This document shows positions 1 to 4,966 of a DNA stretch of 4,966 nt, piece by piece. Origin of the DNA: a virus (lineage: Duplodnaviria; Heunggongvirae; Uroviricota; Caudoviricetes); IMG/VR virus record IMGVR_UViG_2663762992_000006. One strand, written 5' to 3'. Both the position numbers and the translations under genes were made by a program. The first letter of the stretch is position 1, and each line of letters opens with the position of its first letter. Under the pieces are notes generated by a model. It was not told the DNA's origin. It saw only the letters and a program-made list of their open reading frames with translations, and searched no databases.

Positions 1-782
1 AAGGTCGTACAACGACGCTTGGCCGTGGAGGCAGCGATTATACGGCAGCCTTGCTGGCGGAGGCTTTACACGCATCTCGTGTTGATATCTGGACCGACGT
101 CCCGGGCATCTACACCACCGATCCACGCGTGGTTTCCGCAGCAAAACGCATTGATGAAATCGCGTTTGCCGAAGCGGCAGAGATGGCAACTTTTGGTGCA
201 AAAGTACTGCATCCGGCAACGTTGCTACCCGCAGTACGCAGCGATATCCCGGTCTTTGTCGGCTCCAGCAAAGACCCACGCGCAGGTGGTACGCTGGTGT
301 GCAATAAAACTGAAAATCCGCCGCTGTTCCGCGCGCTGGCGCTTCGTCGCAATCAGACTCTGCTCACTTTGCACAGCCTGAATATGCTGCATTCTCGCGG
401 TTTCCTCGCGGAAGTTTTCGGCATCCTCGCGCGGCATAATATTTCGGTGGATCTCATCACCACCTCCGAAGTGAGCGTGGCATTAACCCTTGATACCACC
501 GGTTCAACCTCCACTGGCGATACCTTGCTGACGCAATCTCTGCTGATGGAGCTGTCTGCACTATGCCGGGTAGAAGTGGAGGAAGGTCTGGCGCTGGTCG
601 CGTTGATTGGCAATGACCTGTCAAAAGCCTGCGGCGTTGGCAAAGAGGTATTCGGCGTACTGGAACCGTTCAACATTCGCATGATTTGTTACGGCGCATC
701 CAGCCATAACCTGTGCTTCCTGGTGCCAGGCGAAGATGCCGAGCAGGTGGTGCAGAAGCTGCATTTTAATTTGTTTGAGTAA
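1..782 (+). CDS. lysC: Aspartate kinase III (lysine-sensitive aspartokinase), C-terminal portion; 5' end lies outside the window, reading phase starts at nt 3, stop TAA at 780-782
   Basis: Frame-3 translation from nt 3 reads GRTTTLGRGGSDYTAALLAEALHASRVDIWTDVPGIYTTDPRVV... and ends ...GEDAEQVVQKLHFNLFE, which I recognise as the kinase core and C-terminal ACT-domain region of enterobacterial LysC. The ORF is open to the window edge. The other ORFs in the track over 19-682 are out of frame or antisense to it. Confidence 0.93.
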   Translation, partial: GRTTTLGRGGSDYTAALLAEALHASRVDIWTDVPGIYTTDPRVVSAAKRIDEIAFAEAAEMATFGAKVLHPATLLPAVRSDIPVFVGSSKDPRAGGTLVCNKTENPPLFRALALRRNQTLLTLHSLNMLHSRGFLAEVFGILARHNISVDLITTSEVSVALTLDTTGSTSTGDTLLTQSLLMELSALCRVEVEEGLALVALIGNDLSKACGVGKEVFGVLEPFNIRMICYGASSHNLCFLVPGEDAEQVVQKLHFNLFE

Positions 783-794
783 ACGATCAGTAGA

Positions 795-824
795 GGTGAA
801 TAGCGACCCACGACGCTATTCACC
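795..824. terminator. Stem-loop between convergent lysC and the Mor-like gene; possible bidirectional terminator and/or island boundary
   Basis: Perfect 11-bp inverted repeat GGTGAATAGCG (795-805) and CGCTATTCACC (814-824) around an 8-nt loop, 13 nt after the lysC stop and 13 nt before the stop of the minus-strand gene. There is no strong T-tract on either side, so the intrinsic-terminator call is tentative. Confidence 0.4.
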
Positions 825-836
825 ATGCCGGTTCAA

Positions 837-1184
837 TTACGAATTACTGCGGCGCTGTTGCTTTTCCGCATGTACGCGTTTCACTATCTTATAAATCCAT
901 TGCAGCGTCAGATTATATTTCTTCGCTAATTCGGCGTAGTTGCGCCCATCGCACTCGCTATAGATTTGGTAGTCACGCTCCGACGCCCGTCCGGAGATCC
1001 CTTTTGGGAAATAAATGCTTTGCCCGCCCCAGTTGCGCATCATTCGGTCGGCAATGGCAAAGCCCACATTTTCCGCCGATGAACTGTCGAGATTGATGCT
1101 TTCAATCAGAACTTGCGATGCATGAAAAGCCAGGTCGTTAATGATCTCCGGTGTCCGGACCATCTCTTTTGATTTTCGTATCAT
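837..1184 (-). CDS. Mor/C-family phage transcriptional activator (Mu middle/late operon regulator-like), 115 aa
   Basis: Complete ORF with ATG at 1184-1182, preceded by GGAGA (complement of 1191-1195) 7 nt upstream, and stop at 839-837. The C-terminal half carries the signature I recall for Mu Mor and C proteins: ...RNWGGQSIYFPKG... (glycine-rich turn followed by Y-[IF]-P-[KR]-G) then ...DGRNYAELAKKYNLTLQWIYKIVKR (HTH-like). Assignment is by motif recall, not search. Confidence 0.8.
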   Translation of the reverse strand: MIRKSKEMVRTPEIINDLAFHASQVLIESINLDSSSAENVGFAIADRMMRNWGGQSIYFPKGISGRASERDYQIYSECDGRNYAELAKKYNLTLQWIYKIVKRVHAEKQQRRSNS

Positions 1185-1390
1185 TTTTCATCTCCATATA
1201 TCTTGCATCCTGAATAAGACCCGATGCGTGTAAAACCACGGATATACGCTAAGCAGTTGTCATTACTGCTACTCAATACATTCAACAAACAAATAAACAA
1301 TCACCAGAAATATAAATTCTTAATATTAATGAACGCATAAATTCACTAAATAAATATATTGTTTGCGTTATGTTTCTTGTCAACAGGAGT

Positions 1391-1451
1391 ATCATTTTAC
1401 ACGATACTGTATGCACATACAGTATTATTTTTACCTGTAGTGTAAAAAGAT
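1391..1451. repeat. Imperfect 12-bp inverted repeat (11/12) flanking the LexA-box palindrome
   Basis: ATCATTTTACAC (1391-1402) pairs with the reverse complement of GTGTAAAAAGAT (1440-1451); the perfect 8-bp core is TTTTACAC / GTGTAAAA. Each arm contains a TTTACA hexamer resembling a -35 element, one on each strand. Confidence 0.5.
1405..1424. promoter_or_regulatory. Candidate LexA operator (SOS box)
   Basis: TACTGTATGCACATACAGTA matches the enterobacterial LexA consensus TACTG(TA)5CAGTA in both conserved half-sites (TACTGTAT / ATACAGTA, CTGT-N8-ACAG). It differs only at three central, weakly conserved positions and is itself a 10+10 inverted repeat with a 2-bp centre. Location is 221 bp upstream of the Mor-like start and 297 bp upstream of the holin-like start. 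Confidence 0.65.
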
Positions 1452-1720
1452 CGTTTCCCTCACAGTCGCTGACTTTCTTAAACAAACTTTAAAAATCAAA
1501 TAACTACTGACTATTCCTACGATTCACCATCATCTTTTCCCTGCATAATGACGCGCTTATTCGCGAGGTCACCTTTTGCTCTTTAATTGCTGAGTGGATT
1601 TATTAGCGGGCATGTTCATTTATAGAGAATCTATTTTTTAAAGTTATTTATTAAAGCTTTTTTCATTCTTCACTGGCGGGTTCTGGCGACACTAAACGCT
1701 CACTTATCAGGAGATACCGT

Positions 1721-2008
1721 ATGAAAAAAGTCACTCTTCCCCGGCTTTCCGGTTGGCTGGTCGCTTCCGTCGCGCTGTTTGTCGTGATCGGCTGGACCTC
1801 TTCAGCACAGATCCCGGTCGTCATTTATAAACTAAGCCTGGTTTCGCTTTCCGCGGTGCTGGGATACTGGCTCGATCGCAGTTTGTTCCCATGGGCACGG
1901 CCTGACTCTTTTAGCCCATGGAAGGAACCGCGTTGCTGCGCGGCGGCAATGATTCGCCGCGCCATCATCGTTGCCGCCGTCTGTCTTTCCGTCGCCTTAG
2001 GGCTATAG
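1721..2008 (+). CDS. Small integral membrane protein with three predicted TM segments; putative holin or lysis-associated membrane protein, 95 aa
   Basis: ATG at 1721 with AGGAGA (1709-1714) 6 nt upstream; stop TAG at 2006-2008. Hydrophobic stretches LSGWLVASVALFVVIGW, VVIYKLSLVSLSAVLGYWL and AIIVAAVCLSVALGL. It sits immediately upstream of a peptidoglycan-degrading enzyme gene. Atypical for a holin in ending inside the last hydrophobic segment with no charged C-terminal tail. Confidence 0.6.
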   Translation: MKKVTLPRLSGWLVASVALFVVIGWTSSAQIPVVIYKLSLVSLSAVLGYWLDRSLFPWARPDSFSPWKEPRCCAAAMIRRAIIVAAVCLSVALGL

Positions 2009-2010
2009 TG

Positions 2011-2616
2011 ATGTGGCTGAAATATATCGCGTCTATGATTATTTTCGTTCTTTTCCCTCTTAACGCCTCTGAACCGCCGCGAGCCTCTCTGGCATGGCGA
2101 AACGAACTAATTCGTACCGCTCGAGAAGTCTGGGGACTGAACGCCCCAGTGGCCGACTTTGCCGGGCAATTACACCAGGAGTCCGCCTGGCAGCCAATGG
2201 TACGTTCCCCCGTTGGCGCACAAGGCATGGCGCAATTTATGCCTGCCACAGCGACATGGATAAGCCTGTTGTATCCGCAGCTACGTGAAAATAAGCCCTA
2301 TAACCCAACCTGGGCGATTCGCGCACTGGTGCAATATGACCAGCATTTGTGGAAAAACATCTCAGCGAAAAATGATTGTCAGCGTATGGCGTTTACCCTA
2401 AGCGCCTATAACGGCGGTCAGGGATGGGTTAACCGGGATAAAAAACTGGCTGCATCCAAAGGGTTAGATGCCACTAGCTGGTTTGGTCATGTCGAGCGAG
2501 TCAACGCCGGGCGCAGCGCCACGAACTGGCGAGAAAATCGTCGCTATCCGAAGATGATCCTCTATCAACATGCCGCCCGCTACCTACTCTGGGGGCAGGC
2601 AAGCTGTCTTCATTAA
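2011..2616 (+). CDS. Family-1 (SLT-domain) lytic transglycosylase with N-terminal signal peptide or signal-anchor; endolysin-like, 201 aa
   Basis: I place the start at ATG 2011, 3 nt after the holin-like stop; the track ORF starts at 1918, but that upstream extension overlaps the holin gene. The N-terminus MWLKYIASMIIFVLFPLNA-SEPP looks like a Sec signal peptide. SLT motifs are present: catalytic Q-E-S (QESAWQP), GAQGMAQFMPATA, and AYNGG. Stop TAA at 2614-2616. Confidence 0.85.
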   Translation: MWLKYIASMIIFVLFPLNASEPPRASLAWRNELIRTAREVWGLNAPVADFAGQLHQESAWQPMVRSPVGAQGMAQFMPATATWISLLYPQLRENKPYNPTWAIRALVQYDQHLWKNISAKNDCQRMAFTLSAYNGGQGWVNRDKKLAASKGLDATSWFGHVERVNAGRSATNWRENRRYPKMILYQHAARYLLWGQASCLH

Positions 2617-2628
2617 TCAGAGGGGCCG

Positions 2629-2943
2629 ATGAAACTCAGTATCGATTTTTGGGAAGTGATCTCCCTTATGCTTTCCTTCGTTGGATTAATGTTTGCTGCC
2701 GGAAAATTGCTGTTAGCGCAAATTGAAAAAAGACTTAATGAGCGTTTTGAATCTCTGGAAAACGCGCGCCGGGAATCAGAAACAAGTTGGTCGAAACTGG
2801 AAAGAGAATTTCTCGAATTTCGTGCCGAGCTTCCGCTGCATTATGTCCGCAGAGAAGATTATCTTCGTGGCCAGGCAGTATTAGAAGCAAAGCTGGATGC
2901 CTTATATAGCAAAATAGAGCTATTACAACGCGGTAGCTATTAA
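2629..2943 (+). CDS. Membrane-anchored coiled-coil protein; candidate lysis accessory (i-spanin-like or Mu-type lysis-cassette protein), 104 aa
   Basis: ATG at 2629 with GAGGGG upstream. N-terminal hydrophobic helix ISLMLSFVGLMFAAGKLLLA, followed by a highly charged heptad-like region (QIEKRLNERFESLENARRESETSWSKLEREFLEFRAEL...LEAKLDALYSKIELLQ). Its position right after the transglycosylase fits a lysis cassette. No partner outer-membrane lipoprotein (o-spanin) was found. Confidence 0.6.
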   Translation: MKLSIDFWEVISLMLSFVGLMFAAGKLLLAQIEKRLNERFESLENARRESETSWSKLEREFLEFRAELPLHYVRREDYLRGQAVLEAKLDALYSKIELLQRGSY

Positions 2944-3060
2944 ATTCAATTTTTTCTCTAAAGCAGATTAAAAGATTCTCCACCTTCATTACGTCAGAAT
3001 ACATTTCAACGATAACGAAGTGAGCGTTAACGAATCAGCGATAATTAAGGAACACCCTAT

Positions 3061-3516
3061 ATGGAAATTTTATCAGTAATGAATTCTGTTGTGACCAGAT
3101 TACGTGAACAGAATCCCGAAATGGATGTATCTATTTCATCGGTTGATACCCATAAATATATTCCGCAGACGCAGCAAGTTACAGTGATTATTAATTATAG
3201 CGGTTCTCTATTTGCCATGCCTGAAAGCAGTGATGCTCTCGTGCAACAGCAAACGCTCCGCTTAACCGCCACCGTTATTGTTGGCAAAAATTGTGATGCG
3301 TTAAACGCACTGGACCGCATACGCAGCGCATTGGGTGGCCTTCAGCTTCCTGATTGCGATCGTCTTCTTTGGCTTGAAAAAGAAATTAATACGGGTGAGA
3401 GCGGCGGTTTCTGCCGCTACATCCTGGAAATGGCGACCAGCTCGCTGTTTATCGCTGAACAGGAAAACACGGATCTTCCCCTACTTACGGAAGTTAATTA
3501 CGAGGAAACTGAATGA
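3061..3516 (+). CDS. Phage tail-associated protein, likely Mu gp37-like (tail terminator / sheath completion family), 151 aa
   Basis: ATG at 3061 with AAGGAA RBS (3047-3052). Two genes upstream of the sheath gene and translationally coupled to the next ORF through an ATGA overlap at 3513-3516, which matches the Mu gpK-gp38-gpL order as I recall it. Family call rests on synteny and recollection, not measured similarity. Confidence 0.55.
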   Translation: MEILSVMNSVVTRLREQNPEMDVSISSVDTHKYIPQTQQVTVIINYSGSLFAMPESSDALVQQQTLRLTATVIVGKNCDALNALDRIRSALGGLQLPDCDRLLWLEKEINTGESGGFCRYILEMATSSLFIAEQENTDLPLLTEVNYEETE

Positions 3517-3710
3517 AATACATCTACAACGGCCCGGCAAGCGGCGTCACCCTTGCCGACGGACAAGAAATCTTATTGTGGCCGAACAGTGAAATTGATC
3601 TGCCAGAAGACAACGAGTGGGTCATGACCATGATTGCCCGCAATCACCTGACTTCTGTCATCACTCAGGAAGAACAAAATAACGGAGAGGAAATTGTACA
3701 TGGCAGCTAA
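3513..3710 (+). CDS. Small conserved phage protein immediately upstream of the sheath gene (Mu gp38-like position), 65 aa
   Basis: ATG at 3513 overlaps the upstream stop (ATGA); its own stop TAA at 3708-3710 overlaps the sheath start region. Acidic, with no TM segment. Function unknown. Confidence 0.55.
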   Translation: MKYIYNGPASGVTLADGQEILLWPNSEIDLPEDNEWVMTMIARNHLTSVITQEEQNNGEEIVHGS

Positions 3711-4966
3711 TTATCTGCACGGTGTAGAAACCATTGAAATTGAAACCGGCCCGCGTCCCGTTAAAGCGGTAAAATCCGCCGTCATCGCTTTAATCGGTAC
3801 GGCCCCCTGTGGTCCGGTAAATAAACCAACATTATGCCTTTCTGAAAGCGATGCTGCGCAGTTTGGCTCAACTCAGGCTAACTTTACGATCCCACAGGCG
3901 CTGAAGGCGATTTATGACCACGGTGCCGGTACGGTGGTGGTAATTAATGTGCTGGATCCGGTAAAACATGGACTGCATGTTGCCAATGAAACCATTACGT
4001 TCAATAGTGCCGATAAAGCTAAATTAGCTCATCCGGGAGTAAGTTCAGTAATATTAAGACCAGGTACCAGTTCCACTACGTACAAAAATACATCTTACAA
4101 TGTTAATGCCGCAGATGGCGTTATAACCCGTACCGGAACTGAAATCCCGGCAGGGGCGAAGGTTTACGCGACGTATACCTATGTTGATCCTACAAAGGTC
4201 ACCGCAGCCGATATTATCGGTGCCGTAAATACCGCAGGCGACCGCACAGGGATGAAACTCCTTCAGGACACCTATAACCTGTATGGTTTCTACGCCAAAA
4301 TCCTGCTTGCTCCCGTGTTCTGTACGCAAAAATCAGTAACTACCGAGCTGATTGCACAAGCGGAAAAACTCGGTGCGATTACCTACATTGATGCCCCGAT
4401 TGGGACGACATTCCAGCAGGTATTGGCAGGACGCAGTTCGCAAGGCGCTATCAACTTCAATACCAGCTCTGATCGTGCGCGTTTATGTTACCCACACGTC
4501 AAAGTTTACGATGGCATCACTAACCAGGAAGTTCTCGAACCGCTCTCTTCGCGCGCTGCCGGGCTACGTGCCAAAGTAGACCTCGAAAAAGGTTTCTGGT
4601 GGAGCAACTCAAACCAGGAAATTCAGGGTATTACCGGTATTGAACGTTCGCTTTCCGCAATGATTGATGATCCTCAAAGCGAAGTGAATCAGCTCAACGA
4701 AAACGGCATTACCACTATTTTCAATAGTTACGGCTCTGGTCTGCGCTTGTGGGGCAACCGCACAGCGGCATGGCCTACCGTGACCCATATGCGTAACTTT
4801 GAAAACGTCCGCCGGACAGGCGATGTAATTAATGAGTCAATCCGTTATTTCAGTCAGCAGTATATTGATATGCCGATTAATCAGGCGCTGATTGATGCCC
4901 TGACCGAATCAGGCATCATTCAGGATCAACACCGGGCCGCGGATTTCTGTGTCGTCCAACTGTTGC
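3700..4966 (+). CDS. Contractile phage tail sheath protein (Mu gpL-like myovirus sheath), N-terminal about 422 aa; 3'-truncated by window edge
   Basis: ATG at 3700 with GGAGAGG (3685-3691) upstream; I translated by hand to the window end with no stop codon. N-terminus MAANYLHGVETIEIETGPRPVKAV... and the later NSYGSGLRLWGNRTAAWPT (sheath-type G-[LV]-R-[LV]-W-G-x-R-T signature) are characteristic of phage and tailocin sheath proteins. Absent from the ORF track only because it has no in-window stop. Confidence 0.88.
   Translation, partial: MAANYLHGVETIEIETGPRPVKAVKSAVIALIGTAPCGPVNKPTLCLSESDAAQFGSTQANFTIPQALKAIYDHGAGTVVVINVLDPVKHGLHVANETITFNSADKAKLAHPGVSSVILRPGTSSTTYKNTSYNVNAADGVITRTGTEIPAGAKVYATYTYVDPTKVTAADIIGAVNTAGDRTGMKLLQDTYNLYGFYAKILLAPVFCTQKSVTTELIAQAEKLGAITYIDAPIGTTFQQVLAGRSSQGAINFNTSSDRARLCYPHVKVYDGITNQEVLEPLSSRAAGLRAKVDLEKGFWWSNSNQEIQGITGIERSLSAMIDDPQSEVNQLNENGITTIFNSYGSGLRLWGNRTAAWPTVTHMRNFENVRRTGDVINESIRYFSQQYIDMPINQALIDALTESGIIQDQHRAADFCVVQLL

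Larger units (their letters stand above)
1185..1720. promoter_or_regulatory. AT-rich divergent intergenic control region between the Mor-like gene (-) and the lysis/tail operon (+)
   Basis: 536 bp with no convincing coding capacity. Hand count of 1261-1380 gives 29 G+C in 120 nt (about 24%), against GC-balanced flanking coding sequence. It contains the LexA-box-like palindrome, nested inverted repeats, and a short GC-rich tandem repeat just upstream of the first operon RBS. Exact -35/-10 elements could not be assigned by eye. Confidence 0.6.

Noticed and set aside
19-682. Track ORFs 19-381 (+), 110-352 (-), 225-437 (-) and 353-682 (-) overlapping the lysC region
   Set aside because: They are out of frame or antisense to a confidently recognised LysC reading frame and have Arg/Ser/Ala-rich translations typical of shadow ORFs in GC-balanced coding DNA.
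1282-1485. 67-aa minus-strand ORF inside the AT-rich control region, spanning the LexA box
   Set aside because: Low-complexity, Ile/Leu/Lys-rich translation from about 25% GC DNA, no RBS noticed, and the operator-like palindromes lie inside it. More likely non-coding regulatory DNA.
1918-2010. Upstream start at 1918 for the transglycosylase ORF (track gives 1918-2616)
   Set aside because: The first 31 codons overlap the 3' end of the holin-like gene in another frame and translate to an Arg-rich, non-protein-like peptide (MEGTALLRGGNDSPRHHRCRRLSFRRLRAIV). ATG 2011, 3 nt after the holin stop, gives a clean signal-peptide N-terminus. An alternative start cannot be fully excluded.
1965-2288. ORFs 1965-2249 (-) and 2094-2288 (+) inside the transglycosylase gene
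   Set aside because: Antisense or out-of-frame overlaps of a gene with clear SLT catalytic motifs; Arg-rich shadow ORFs.
2735-3004. 89-aa minus-strand ORF antisense to the coiled-coil protein gene
   Set aside because: Antisense to a well-formed gene with an RBS and operon context; no independent support.
2629-3060. Embedded or downstream o-spanin lipoprotein partner for the coiled-coil membrane protein
   Set aside because: I looked by eye for a short ORF with a lipobox (L-x-x-C after a signal peptide) in alternative frames and in the 117-bp gap and found none. This is a by-eye negative and should be rechecked computationally.
3335-3592. 85-aa plus-strand ORF overlapping the gp37-like and gp38-like genes
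   Set aside because: Out of frame with two translationally coupled genes; very basic Arg/Lys-rich translation typical of an alternative-frame artefact.
4054-4579. ORFs 4054-4329 (-) and 4352-4579 (+) inside the sheath gene
   Set aside because: Embedded in or antisense to the continuous sheath reading frame, which is open from 3700 to the window end.
3700-4966. Alternative reading of the sheath as a type VI secretion (TssB/TssC) or eCIS (Afp/PVC-type) sheath
   Set aside because: T6SS sheaths are a TssB/TssC pair without a lysis cassette or Mor-type activator. The gene order here (lysis, gp37-like, gp38-like, sheath) follows a Mu-type phage tail. An eCIS-like derivative cannot be formally excluded without downstream genes.
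1-4966. CRISPR arrays, tRNA/rRNA genes, integrase or transposase genes
   Set aside because: No short regularly spaced direct repeats, no tRNA-like cloverleaf region and no recombinase-like ORF were seen in this window.

Overview
This window is the 3' end of a core housekeeping gene (lysC, aspartate kinase III, + strand, 5'-truncated) followed directly by a horizontally acquired phage-derived module. The module has a convergent Mor/C-family transcriptional activator gene (- strand), a 536-bp very AT-rich divergent control region carrying a near-consensus LexA (SOS) box, and a tightly packed + strand operon. The operon encodes a small 3-TM holin-like protein, a signal-peptide-bearing family-1 lytic transglycosylase, a membrane-anchored coiled-coil protein, two small proteins resembling the Mu gp37/gp38 tail-completion pair, and a contractile tail sheath that runs off the 3' end. 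No capsid, portal or terminase genes lie between the lysis cassette and the tail genes, and a chromosomal gene bounds the other side. The most interesting reading is an SOS-wired, headless Mu-lineage contractile tail cluster (candidate R-type tailocin) next to lysC; a decayed prophage remnant cannot be excluded from this window. All family assignments come from reading motifs in the translations and recalled family knowledge; no database search was run.
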